Positions 11,511 to 24,364 of a stretch of 64,000 nt of DNA are shown here, piece by piece. The position numbers were made by a program, and so were the translations under genes. How positions within the stretch are numbered: position 1 is the first letter of the stretch; the number at the start of each line of letters is the position of its first letter. The notes below the pieces were generated by a model that was not told the origin of the DNA, searched no databases, and saw only the letters and a program-made list of their open reading frames with translations. Origin of the DNA: Malacoraja senta (lineage: Eukaryota); contig CM075980.1 of assembly GCA_038087875.1 (NCBI GenBank), positions 30,380,001 to 30,444,000 on the forward strand, given 5' to 3'.

Positions 11511-13515
11511 TTTGATTAACTAAAGTTGCAGCAACAAACAAATATTTACAACAGGCGTAAGCAAAAGTTAGCTCCTTCTTGCCCTGACCATTGTAGTTGG
11601 AAATGTTGGTACACTTCCTGCCAACTAGCTCATTTATTTGCTGGCATGAAAAGAAATGCATGGAAAAATGAATAATTTTAAATATGAACAAGAATCTAAG
11701 ATTAACAAGTTCTAATGAAAGTTAGCTGCATCTGCTTCTCCACAGATACTGCCTATCTTGCCGAACATTTCTTTTTTTTTGGACTTTTAACATTTACTTA
11801 AAAAATCATGGATTTCAAAATGGTCTATGTGTAGAAATAATAGAGGCAAATGCAGTCTTGGATGAACTGCAAGGAAATGGCTGTAAACTGGACAGACAAG
11901 GAAAAGAGAGATTGAATTTCACTATTTCAGAGAGGCAGAAAAGATGATTTGCAGCATAAGCAAGGAAGGGAATCCAATACAAACCTTAAAGTCAACTTTA
12001 ATAAAACTATTGTATTAAAATAAAATAATCTACAGCCACATGTGGGAGAAATAATAAAATCTGCAAATAGATTGCAGAGAAATAGATTCTATGAGATTTC
12101 AATTCTCCATTTATCGAGACAGGGTGACAGCAAAGAAAGTAAAGGACACATAATTATTCAAACATGCAGGGATTATGGATCAAGCATAATGCCGGCACAC
12201 TAAGTCATCACTTGATCTAGTTATTAGTGGAAAAACAAATCTAATAGCTTAATTAAATAGTCGTCAATTCTTGATTAGTCAGCATATTTGGAGGAAAAGA
12301 AAATGTCGGCATTAAAACAGAAGTTACCAGATTGGAGTATGTCAAATTTTAAAATGACCAACTGCACGCAATTTGAGGTAAGAATGGGGAGAAGCTGGCA
12401 CACGAACGTTATACTGATAAACTTTAGAGTGTTGCTAAAGAAATATAATGGCGCAGATTAAAAAAAGGAAGATACTTTAATTTTCTGAATGCTGCGGATA
12501 ATGAGATAAAAATGCATAAAAGATAACTCCTGATACAACTGCACTTAAGAATTAACAACAAATTAAAGCAAGTCAGGGCAAGGCAGTATTGAGACTCAAC
12601 TTGACAGTAGTAATTGAGACTTAAAATTAACAGCAGAACAGTGAAAGCATTTGTAAAATGCAACTGCTGAATGTAAGGTAGTGCTCGACAAAGCAGAAGA
12701 ACACATTCAAAGACAAATAGTTATTTATATGTTTACTGAATAAGTGCACCTTTTCAATGTTTTGCAATGTACTTATTAGCAAATATAAAGGAACGTGGTT
12801 GGTAGAAGAGTTCTTGAAAAATTAATCTTTAAAAACAATGATTCATTAGTAATTAAAACATCTTCAATGAAAAGCAATGAAATGCAATGCATGTGATGCA
12901 CCCGACTCATTTGCACCCATTAGATGACTCAGGTAATTTACTTTTCAATCAGCAAATAAATGCATTTGCAAAAAGTTTCAATACTCTTAGATCTAGAGGT
13001 AGAGACATTTATGCACTAGAGACATTTCTAGTGCAAAACTCTCTGCATGGCAATTCTACAATCACAAATTTAACATATTAGAATAAGATAGGCAGGATCA
13101 ACACAGGAAAAAAAACACACATACATGTGTAGTTGCACTGGTGTAAAAGTGTACCAAATACCAGTGCAGAGTAACAGTAAATTTTCCACTGTGTGCCCAG
13201 CCAAGGCCACCTTGTTTTTGCAATGACACGGACATATGGTACCAGTTATCTGCTTCTTGATGCATCTGAAAATGTGGTCATTTGAAGAGAAGCTCTGAAC
13301 AAGAGCAATTACCGAGAGCTTGTTGAGTAATTCAGGAGGGGAATGTTAAATATGACTATCAAAGTTTGAAAAGATCTTGTGCATTACATTCGCTCGCATT
13401 CCACTTTTTATTCAGTTTGATTTGCACATATTAAAGGAAATTTCAAGGTCACAAATGGAATTGCGTGCACAAACATTTGATAATTCATTATCAAATTATA
13501 GTAATTTAAACTTAC

Positions 13516-13675
13516 TTTAGTTGTGTCTTGTTCAAATTGCATTCTTTCCAGACTTTCTGGATCATCTGATTAGTTATTTTTGGAGGAATTTTACCACAAT
13601 GTTTTGGGCTTGTTGAGTTTACTGATCCTTCTTGTCCACTCAGGTGACTGACCACAGACTGAACAACTGCATCAC
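13516..13675 (-). CDS. MED13L: MED13L exon 8 (160 nt; 163 nt if the upstream AAG acceptor is used): GDAVVQSVVSHLSGQEGSVNSTSPKHCGKIPPKITNQMIQKVWKECNLNKTQL(K)
   Basis: Translated by hand. GKIPPK and VWKEC motifs are conserved. Acceptor aagcag, donor AA|gtaagt. Confidence 0.9.
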
Positions 13676-15139
13676 CTGCTTTACAAAACAGAATGAAAAT
13701 GCATCAACAATAAACCAACAATCTTTGCAATAGGCAATAAGAAGTATTGGCCTATTCTTGCACTAGCATAAAACATATGACAACCATCCATTTGTTCTTT
13801 AAGCAAAAACTAACATGTACATATAGAAGATGATCACGAGCATAGCCTAACCTTACCGATAATGACATTTTACCTGCTAGTAAGCAGGTTTCTTTAAATC
13901 AACTGGAAGTTTACTATATTTGGTAAACTGAACCAGTAAGATTTAGGTGTTCTGAAGTAACTCTAAACGACCTTACATAATTTCATTCAGGCAAGTATCA
14001 TCTGCAAAACATTTTTTTATGCTCAGTAATTGCACTTCCCCTCAGAAGCATAAAAGACACAATGAACCAAGGCAGCAAAACAAAAACATAATCATTTACA
14101 AAGTTAAGAGATTTCAGTGTTGTGAATGTTAGAGATGGAAAGGGAATTTTCCTGGTCACCAAATTATGGCCATGTTATCAGATCAGTATGCTCCTGGATT
14201 TTCTAAATATTATGCCTTATGATTAAGTTAATTGGGCATTTTGAAAGAAGGGCTCCCACATTTCCCACAACCTTCTTTTATATATCATTCAATATCTTAC
14301 AGTATGTATTTAAAAAAACCTTTGCCCTGGCACATTTGAGCATTTATTGACAAATTGGCATAATGATATGAACTAGATTTTACTTTCATAATACACTCTA
14401 ATTATTTATGTTTGCATTAAACCTTACAAACAAGAACACCTGGAGATCAGTCCACTGCTCACATGATTACCACTGTGGAACATACTGTGAAAAAGTGTCA
14501 CGATGTACCTGATTTCTGCCACTAGAGGTCACACAAACATCTTTTTTAAGATTGTATTTAAAACAAGATTCTAGTTTGGTCTAGGAGCTGAATGAAGAAC
14601 CTAGAAATTCTGCTCAAAAGCATTCTGTTCTTGAATTAATAAATCAGTGTTGAAAAATGAGCAGCAACATTGGTTGATTATGTACTGTTTTAAACACAGA
14701 TCAGTGTAAATTTTTTTTTAATCATAATTCTTTGAAGAACAATCTACTGTCAATTACAATGTGCAGTCACTTTGAAATAGAGAATGGAAAAGATTGTTTA
14801 AAATAGCAAGTTGCAGAAACTCAGATAACTGGTCCATGCAACCGCTCACTGTTATATCTGGAGATAACAATAAAAAATATTTGAAACTTGCACCAAGCTA
14901 TCAGTAAATCTAACTAGTAACATTCATCGTTGTGTGTAAATAGCCTTCTGGCATGAAATAACAGCAAGTATTTTAGTTCTTGGACAAAACATTTATTTTG
15001 ACTACTAACAATCCATTACGACTAAACTGCCGACAATTTCCTTTTCAAAACAATTTTTTCTTCCCCATTAACAAGCTCTGCAAAGTAACTCAAGTGCTCC
15101 ATCAGGTCACTCACACTTGATACAAGGAAGAGCTTTGGT

Positions 15140-15272
15140 CATAAGATCATAAGTAATAGGAGCAGAATTAGGCCATTCAACCCATCAAGTCTACTCCCGT
15201 CATTCAATCATGACTGGTCTATATCTCCCTTCTAACCCCATTCTTCTGCCTTCTCTACATAATCCCTGACAC
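15140..15272 (-). mobile_element. CR1-type LINE 3' end
   Basis: cataagatcataag...ggccattc...tctgccttctc matches 43451-43620 and 44250-44400. Confidence 0.7.
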
Positions 15273-18169
15273 TTTGATTTTATTGACAAAGTGTATTAGG
15301 GATTATTTAGGAGTTATAAATTTATGAGAATATAGTGAGCATAAATTCAAGAACCAGTCTTCTAAAAACATTTTCTAATGCACATAAGATGCAGTAATCA
15401 GTTTGATATTAAAAAAAGACAGGTTTTTGAACAACAGTACTGCTACCAACATGACTGTGGAATTTTCTCTTACGTATCAGTCAAATCCAATACAATGGGT
15501 TATATTAATGGGACTACATCAAATCAGGCACCTTCAGTTTAAATTACTTTGGATTATTGTGTTGGAGAAGGAAGCTTCCAGACCAGCATTACTTGGCACA
15601 TCAAGCAAGATTATAGGTATATTTGTCTGTCTATCAATAACTGGAGTATTTGTGTACTCGAAGAGTCAGCCCTCAAAGACATTGGGTGTCTGGGGCCTCT
15701 TCTCAGAAGCTGTTAGACCATCCATGTGAATTTACTTCACACCAGCAAAGGAGCTCGAACACGGAGGCGTTTTGTCAACGACAGTGCCTCACATTGCAAA
15801 TGTGCAATTCAATGGGAATATTTTGTCAAAGACTCAAAATATTGAAGCAAACAATTATCATTGAAACAGATTCTATTGAGAGGGTCTCCCAGAGAATGTC
15901 TACTTCTCCTGATCAATAAAGACATTATATCTCCAACTTTAGTGCCTCCAAGTGACTCATTTCACGAGTCATAGCAAAGCGAAGTCACTTTCCTTTAAAC
16001 AAGTCAACATTTATCAAACTTGATAATTTATCTTGAACTAAATTTTATCTACTGGGAACTTAAAGTAGTTAGCAGACAAATGAAACAAACCATGACAATC
16101 TGATAGAACCATTGCTATTTCTGACTGGGTTATTTCTAAAAAGTAACTTTAAGACTGGGCATATGCTCAATTAAGGTAACCTTTAGCACTAGGTTTACAT
16201 CCAACATCGGAATAATTTGGCTTGCCCGATGCAGGGAATGAAGGGAAATTGATTATGTGCAGGCAGATAAGAATTGGTCTTGACTGGTAAATCAGATTGC
16301 TAAAGCAGTGCAAAGGTAGCTTCAGTCTACATTGAACAAATAATATCTAATTTCAGTGAGCATGATAAAAGGACAAACAATTCCACAGCATTCATGCTCC
16401 AACATTGGTGAACGATCCTTTTTCTAAAGAAAATGGAGAAACCAACTAAAAAACCCTTTGATAATTGAGGTGACATTATCAACAATTGGTGCATTATGAA
16501 CAAAAATAATTTTAAATTTCTAATTTGGAAGAGGGAATGTACAATTCAACCTTCTCTTTGGTATAATCATTACAGAAACTGCAAGATTAACTTGATGATC
16601 ACAGCCAGGATTCATTTACCTTGAAAGAAATCCTACATGTTTAAAATCAAGCAGTATAACCAATTGCTATTCTTCAATTCAATCAAACCATTTAAAAATA
16701 AACAAAAATAAGCCATGGAAAAAAAAATGACATTGCTAAACTGCATCATTAGGGGGAGCTAAAAGTTCATAAGTAATCTCAAATAACACCATTAACAGAA
16801 GAATCCAGTAAAGATTTAGGCAGTTCAGTGGAATTTGCAGTATTTCATTTACCACTATAAATATTTAGTCACATGTTAAAAGACAAATCGATCATTCGTA
16901 ACACATTCCTTTTAAAAAATAATTAAAGTTGCATGCCACTAGCGTATGATTTTCTAAAGCTTGGGAAAAAGAAATGTAACTTACTTTATACGACATTATT
17001 ACAGTGCAAAAAAAAATAGGCAGGTGTAAATTAAGATAAATCAAAACATTACTGTTTGCTCTAACTAAGCTATATGAAACTAAATAGCCAAATGTTATCA
17101 TATTGGTCAATAAAAACTGAAATTCAAGTCCCATCTCAATTAGATAGTTAAATCTCATTTAAATCTGAAATAATCTATCCCCAAACTACAAGCTAATTCC
17201 ATGAAGAATTTGGAACCAAAGATACTGCCTTTTTATTTATATTTTTCTAAAGTTTACAACACTGTTGTAAACGCTGATAACTTCAAAACAAAACCTGAAC
17301 ATAGGGATGAGACTGGAAGTATGTCTGCATTGAATTCTAATTATTCACCCAGAGAAAAGGGCTGAAGCCCTTTTATGCTCAGAATGTCTCGTGATAAACA
17401 CCAATTCCTCCTCGAAAATCTTAGATAAATTAGATAAACTGTGTTCAATTTTGGTCACCCTGTTACAGAAAAGATGCTATTAAGCTGGAACGGGTGCAGA
17501 GAATTTTCCGAACATGTTGCCAGGACCTGAGGGCCTGACCTATAGGGAGCGGTTGGGCAGGTTAGGACTTATTCTTTGGAATACAGGAAGCTGTGGTCAT
17601 CATATAGAGGTGTACAAAATCATAAGGGGAATAGAAAAGGTGAATGCAGAGTCTTTAACCCCGGGGTAGGGAATCAATAACAAGAGGGCTTGGCAAGGGT
17701 GCAGAAAGGACTCACCAGAAAGTTTCCTGGATTGGAGAGGTTGGACAAAGATGGATTGTTTGCTAGTGCATGAGAGGCCGACGCCATACATATTGAAGTA
17801 TATAAAAGAAGGCGTACAGATAGGATAGTCTTTTCCCATGGATGAAAATGTTAAATAGTAGAAGGCATATGTTTAAAGTGAGAGGGAGAAAGTTCAAAAG
17901 AGATTTACAAGGCTTTTTTTTTTTTAAGAGGGTGGCAGGTATCTACAACACTGCCAGCGGAGGTGATAGAAGCATATATGAAGTGAAGAGAGAGTCAAGA
18001 GTGTTTTAATGTCATATGTCCCAGATAGAACAATGAAATTCTAGATATGATAGCAATATTGAAGAGGCATTTAGAGACATGATCAGAAAGGGAATAGAGG
18101 GATAGATACCATGTGAGGACAGATGGGATAAGTTAGATGGACATCATGGTCAGCACAGACAAAGGACAT

Positions 18170-18432
18170 GCAACAAAATACTAAACATGACTACTTTCAT
18201 TTACATCACATTGCTGTGTCCCAAACATTATGGTGCACTGAAATGGAGGGAGACTATGTATAAACACTGCTGCAATTTCTACAATGGTGAAACCAAAATG
18301 TATAAAAATGGCCTTTATTAAAATATGACAATGTGCACTTTAACCACATGCGATGTTTTCTATTATTAATCTCAAATTGTGGGCAAATAAATAAATGACG
18401 GGTCTTTGTCCCAAACATTATGGAGGGCACTG
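18170..18432. mobile_element. Partial Tc1-family MITE, same family as 31462-31734
   Basis: Ends in ccaaacattatggagggcactg|TA. Internal sequence is shared with 31560-31734. Confidence 0.7.
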
Positions 18433-18769
18433 TATGTGCTCTAGATAAAGGGGAACTGGAAGATATATAATCTTATATTTACAGAAAACATGATAAAGTG
18501 TCACTAAAGATTATGAAAAAATAAAAGTCAATTGTGCAGGAGGTAACATATTAGTGAGGATAAAATATTTGCTGACCAACAGAAAACAGTAGACAAAAAA
18601 TATTTTTTCCATGGTTAGAAAGACACAACAGTAGTGTGCCACAACTGACACTGTAGTCTCAGCTTTTTAATTCTTTAATTTACCTGAACAAAAGCTAACG
18701 CAATGGTTAAATTTGCTAAAAACAAACAAAAATAGGAAAGCAAGTTGTACAATAATACAAAGTGAGTAA

Positions 18770-18961
18770 GAAAGAATTGCAGATGCTGGTTTAAATCGAA
18801 GGTGTACACACAAAATGTTGGCAAAACCCAGCGGGACAGGCAGCATCTCTGGAGAGAAGGAATTGGTGACGTTTCGGGTCGAGACTGAAGAAGGGTCTCG
18901 ACCCGAAACGTCGCCCATTCCTTCTCTTAGAGATGCTGCCTGTCCCGCTGAGTTACTCCAG
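18770..18961. mobile_element. Fold-back PLE-derived element with an intact hammerhead core at 18885-18912(+)
   Basis: Inverted arms gcgggacaggcagcatctct / agagatgctgcctgtcccgc. Core sequence CTGAAGAAGGGTCTCGACCCGAAACGTC. Confidence 0.8.
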
Positions 18962-19404
18962 GATATAAAGTGATATACATAGGTTAACAATCTTGCAGTG
19001 GCATATATGGAGAAAATGCAAAGTTCCCATCTTGTGAGAAAACAGAAGATATGTATATTATCAGTGAGAGGATGCGACGTTTTGAACTGTGGAGTGATCT
19101 GGGTGGCCTAGTGCATGGTTTCCAAAAATACTACCATTATTGAAAGTTATGAGGTAAGCTAAAACAACTCTGATATTTATTGCTCAGGAAATTGAATTCA
19201 AAAGTAGGTAAATTATGCTTGTTATTTGGGTCCTCCCCCCTTATGCAAGCCCAATTAATTCACAACCCTCGTATGCAAACAAGCATTCCTGGGACCCATT
19301 GGATAAATTTGCTGGCTGCTGCAGGGTAGCAGGCATCTTCTACAAACAGTTTTCTAGGACCCAAACCCTGTTGTAACCTGGCGAGGAACTGTACATTGTA
19401 TTGG

Positions 19405-20030
19405 GAAGCACAGTGGCGCAGATGGTAGAGGTGCTACCTCAGTGCTACAGTCCTGGGTTCAATCTTTACTTTACACTTTAGAGACACAGCATAGAAACAG
19501 GCCCTCCACGCTGACCAGCGATCACCCCGCACACTAGCACTATGCTACACATGGGGGACAATTTGCATTTTTTTTGCCAATTAAACTACAAACCTGTACG
19601 CCTTAGGGGTGTGGGAGGAAACTGGCGCACCCAGAAAAAAACCCACGTGGTCACAGAGCGTATAAACTCCATCCTGACAGCACTCAAAGTCAGGATCGAA
19701 CCCGGGTCTCTGACAATGCAAGGCAGCAACTTTTCGCTGCACCACTGCTGATCTCAGGTATTTTCTGTGTGGAGTTGGCACATCTTTCCTGTGATTACGT
19801 GGGTTTCCTCTGAGTGCTCTAGTTTCCTCCCTCATCCCACAGACATGCAGGTCAGTGGGTTAATTGGCCACTGTAAATTGCCCCTCTGTATAGACGAGTG
19901 GCTGAATCTGCGAGAGTAAGAGAGTTGATAGAATGTAGGGAGAATGAGATTAGTGAAAGGTGGATGGTTGAAGGACAACTAGGTGGGATGAATAGGCCTG
20001 CTTTCATGCTGTATCTTTCCATGACTATGA
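19405..20030 (+). mobile_element. V-SINE with an oppositely oriented V-SINE (~19470-19750) nested inside
   Basis: Head at 19405-19465, a reverse-strand copy, then the V-domain resumes at ~19760. Confidence 0.7.
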
Positions 20031-20806
20031 CTTCCTCTGCAGCACTGTGTTACAGTATGGATCCGAGTTGATAACTTGCATAGACAGGCTGTATCTGTCA
20101 AGAGTTAAAAATAGAGACATGATTAAAAATGTAAGATCCTGAGAAATCTCAACTGGGTGAATGTAGGAAAATCTAAAATGAGGGATCACTGTTTAAAAAT
20201 AAGGAGGTGCCCAAACAAAAAAAAGATGGGGCAAGATTTCTTCTCTCAGGACATTCTTTGGTCTTTGAAACACTTCCTCAAAGGGCACTGGAGACAGTTT
20301 CTTTGAACATTTTTGACATTGACAAACACCACCTTATTTTTGAACAGTGATCTCTCATCACCTGGCCAGGGCGACCCCTACAACACCAACCCAAAGTCGG
20401 CGCCAGGACAACGGGCCTTTGTGGCCAAGTTAAGACTAATGTTTTTTAAAGTTTCGGACTTGAAGATGGCACCTGAAACGTGGCGACTCTTGTGCATGGA
20501 TCAATGTTGTCTACTCTCTTATACTCCTGTACTTAGTATGATTGTGTCTAATGTGCAGTTGGATTTTCACTGAATTGAATGCAAAAAAAGAATATCACTG
20601 GATTTAGGTACATGTGGCAATCATCCCATTGAAAGGAAGGAATGAAAGATTACTGAAGATAATTCAGAACTGAGATTCCAATCAAATCAACCGATGATGG
20701 AGAGACAGAGAAGCCTTACCCTGGTCGGAATGTGATGTGAACCTGCTAGATACAAAGGCTGGAAGTTATTAAATGAACCTGCTGTGACGTTGCATGGGAA
20801 ACTTAC

Positions 20807-20992
20807 CTATTATGGTCTGCTCAGGAGAGGTGGGAGGTGTGAGTGGCAAACCACAGCTATTGGCGTCTTTCACACTTCCTGGTCCTTGTGTTGGATTCGT
20901 TTGACCTCCTGCAGTAGCCGCATTTGAAATGATTGGAATATCCCCCTGAGGAATCAGCACAAAAGCTGACGGGTATACCATTCTTACGCCAC
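20807..20992 (-). CDS. MED13L: MED13L exon 7 (186 nt): [20 protein letters not shown]...[16 protein letters not shown]
   Basis: Overlaps ORF 20769..20981(-). Contains the conserved LTPPTSPE motif (FBW7-type phosphodegron region of MED13/13L). Acceptor ttctgcag, donor TAG|gtaagt. Confidence 0.95.
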
Positions 20993-21054
20993 CTGCAGAA
21001 ATGTAACAGAAAAATTAATTTCAAAATACATCAAAGTATTTACATGCAATTGAG

Positions 21055-21270
21055 TAGGTGGGAACTGCAGATGTTGGTTGACACCGAAGATAGACATAAA
21101 ATGCTGGAGTAACTCAGCGGCACAGGCAGCATCTCTGGATGGAAGGAATGGGTGACGTATCGGGTTAAGACCCTTCTTCAGTCTAAAGAATGGTCTCGAC
21201 CCGAAACGTCACCCATTCCTTCAACCCAGCTGCCTGTCCCGCTGAGTTACTCAAGCATTTTGTGTCTATC
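21055..21270. mobile_element. Fold-back PLE-derived element with a 15-bp TSD
   Basis: TTACATGCAATTGAG at 21040-21054 and 21271-21285. The inverted arms meet at cttcttcagtctaaagaa. Both hammerhead cores are degenerate. Confidence 0.85.
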
Positions 21271-21444
21271 TTACATGCAATTGAGGTAATTTAAATTAAT
21301 GCAATTTAAGGAACCTCTGTCTTTGCTGGTGGTTATGACAGTTCTTAAACGTTGTCACCTTTATGATTTTATTCAATACGTTATAGAAATCTGAACTTTT
21401 TTCATAGCAACTAGTTGAATAAAATTCTAAATTTGTGTTACGTA

Positions 21445-21633
21445 TTTTTAAACAAAATGCATTCTGCAGATTACAAAGCCATCACAAAACACATTTGGGC
21501 TATTCTCACTTATCTACAAAGCTAACATCCTAAATTTGTATTACTTGTTTTTAAACAAAACGCATTCTACTGCAGATTTCAAAGCCATCACAAAACAAAT
21601 TTAAACTCCATTCTCACTTATCTACAAAGCTAA
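21445..21633 (+). repeat. Local tandem duplication of an ~80-bp unit (period ~103 bp)
   Basis: ttttaaacaaaa(t/c)gcattct...aaagccatcacaaaaca...attctcacttatctacaaagctaa occurs twice. Confidence 0.8.
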
Positions 21634-22595
21634 TATAAGCAGAAGCTTTTCAGCTACTGCAGGAATAAACTAAAGCTTATATTATCCCAGATCTAATGCA
21701 GAATACTCAATTCAAATATTGCTATTTGTGAGTTTAGCAATAAATTACAGCTGAATCTTCTCCAACCCTATCTTTAAAGTGGCCCGGGAAGATTAGGGTG
21801 AGATAAAAACCTCTAGAAAAGCAAGTTGATGAGGAGGGAGCAGTGAATTCTAACTCAGTCCCCTTGACAAAATGTTCATTATCTGACCAGAAATATGAGC
21901 ATCAGATCTTGTGACAATATCCTGATCCAGGTACATACAACTATTTGATTGCATTACCACTCGAGCAAGAATGAACAAATTATTAATCCCATGGCAGATA
22001 CTAATGAGTGTAAGATTGACCCAACACCTATCCTGTCCAATTTCACCACCAACTCAGACAATCTTGTTATTGAAAACAGCTATTCCTTCTGACCTTGGAA
22101 GTAGTATCTCCACTGAGGTTCTTAAGCTCAATGGAGAGAAATGGCAGACACAAATTCATAACGCACAAGAAGAGCACATTGTGTGAAGTGGCATCAAAAT
22201 AGGAAGGAAAGTAAAATGTAACGAGGCCAAAGGGAATAGAGGTTGACTGAGTAGGCAAACATTTGGCAAATGGAGAATAATGTGAGAAAATATTTATTTT
22301 TCCAACTTGGCAGGAAAAATAAAAAGGCATAAATGACAAGTCTGCAGAGCTACCCAGGGTGTTCATGTGCTTGATTCATAATAGACCACAATGGAGGCCC
22401 AGCAACCAGTAAAGAAATGTAATCGATTCAATTTATTATTATAGGAACTAAACACAAAACGAGGGATGTCACAATTCAGTAACTAGAGCAAGATGTGGTG
22501 AACTGTGTACAGCTTGGCTATTTATTGAAGGATAGTGTAAATACATTGGAAGCAGTTCAGAGGTCTACTATAGCTGGATTAGGCAGATTGCCTTA

Positions 22596-23964
22596 TTTAC
22601 CCAAAAAGGCAAGGATTACTGGTTTTAATAACTACAGGCCTGTCGCACTGACTTCTGTAGTCAGGAAGACCCTTTGAAAGGCTTGTGCTGGCCAAGCTGA
22701 AAAATATCACGAACCCCTTGCTGAACCCTCTGCAGTTTGCATACCGGGCCAATAGATTTGTGGATGACGCAGTCAACCTGGGCCTGCACTTCATCCTCCA
22801 GCACCTAGACCGCCAGGGGACCTATGCGAGGATTTTGTTTGTTGATTTTAGCTCTGCATTCAACACCAATGTGCCAGAGCTACTGTACTCCAAACTTTCC
22901 AAGTTGACTGTGCCTGAACCCCTGTGTCGGTGGATCACCAGCTTCCTGACAGACAGGAAGCAGCATGTGAGCCTTGGAAAGCACATCTCAAACCCGCAGA
23001 CCCTCAGCATAGGAGCGCCGCAAGGCTGCATACTCTCCCCTCTCCTCTACTCTCTCTACACCAGTGACTGCACCTCCACTGACTCCTCTATCAAGCTTCT
23101 CAAGTTTGCGGACGACTCAACCCCAATTGGACTGATCCAGGATGGGGAGGAGTCTGCCTACAGACAGGAAGTGACACAGCTGGCGTCCTGGTGCCATCGC
23201 AACAACCTGGAGCTCAATGCTCTTATGACAGTGGAATTGATTGTAGACTTTAGGAGAGCTCCCCCTCCCCTCACCATCAACACCAGTCACATATGTGGAG
23301 TCTTTTAAGTTCCTGGGAACCATCATCTCCAAGGACCTTAAATGGGGGGGCCACCATCGACTTCACAGTCAAAAAGGCACAACAGAGGATGTACTTCCTG
23401 CGGCAGCTGAGGAAGCACAATCTGCCAGAGGCAATGATGGTCCAATTCTATACAGCCATCGTAGAGTCTGTCCTTACCTTCTCCATCATGGTCTGGTTTG
23501 GCTCAGCCACCAAGCACGACATCGGAGGCTGCAGCGAACCGTCCAATCAGCTGAGAAGGTTGTTGGCTGCAACCTTCCCTCCATTGACGAACTGTACACT
23601 GCAAGGGCCAGGAAGCGAGTGGGTAAGATCATCTCTAACCCCTCTCACCGTGGCCACAAACTCTTTGAATCACTTCCCTCTGGAAGGCGACTCCAGACTG
23701 TCAAAGGTGCCACAGCCAGACATAAAAAAGCTTTTTTCCATGCGTAGTAGCTCTACTCAATAACCAAAAATCTGTAGCCTCCTTTTGCTCTGGTATTTTA
23801 TTTTATTCACTTGTTTAATCGATAATGTTTTATTATTAATGTTTAATGTTTTATGTGTCATTCCTAACTGTCACTGTATGTCATGTTGTCACTTGCAGGC
23901 GGAGCACCAAGGCAAATTCCTTGTATGTGAATACTTGGCCAATAAACTTATTCATTCACTCATT
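22596..23964 (+). mobile_element. Relatively young 5'-truncated Rex1/Babar LINE inserted in a CR1 fragment
   Basis: YRPVALTS, LQFAYR, ARILFVDFSSAFNT, GAPQGC and KFADD (ORFs 22685..23308 and 23293..23763). A few frameshifts and one stop. 3' AATAAA plus an (attc)n tail. Confidence 0.9.
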
Positions 23965-24364
23965 AAAAGATTGAACAGGCTTAACAGTATTTGTTGAGGT
24001 TTAGAAAAGATGAAACAAAATTCCAAGAGGACTTCACAAGATGAATGTAGAGAGCATGTTTCCTCTTGCGGGGGAGAGTACACCTAAGGGTCACTTTAAA
24101 AAATAAGGGTTGCACATACAAGGCAGAAATTAGGTGTTTTTCCTTCTTTTTAGAATCGTAACATTATTCTTCAGACTGGTGGTAGCAGAAGTCTGCATGG
24201 TTTAAAGCAGAGACAGGTACACTGTTCAGGAGCAAGGCGATTAAAGGTCACTGAAGGGAGGCATGGATAAGGTTACAATCAAATCAGGCATGATTTTACC
24301 AAAAGATAAAGCTTGAAGCTCGACGTTCTACCCCATCTCTTAATTTACATGATCATAGTCAATG

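Larger units (their letters stand above)
17440..19230 (+). mobile_element. Cluster of decayed CR1-type LINE fragments with nested MITE and fold-back insertions
   Basis: Recognisable CR1 ORF2 C-terminal remnants (VQFWSP, LERVQR, KFA). Confidence 0.6.

Noticed and set aside
21055-21270. Classifying the fold-back elements as DNA-transposon MITEs
   Set aside because: The arms are homologous to PLE 3' ends, are asymmetric in length, and are flanked by 14-15 bp rather than fixed short TSDs.
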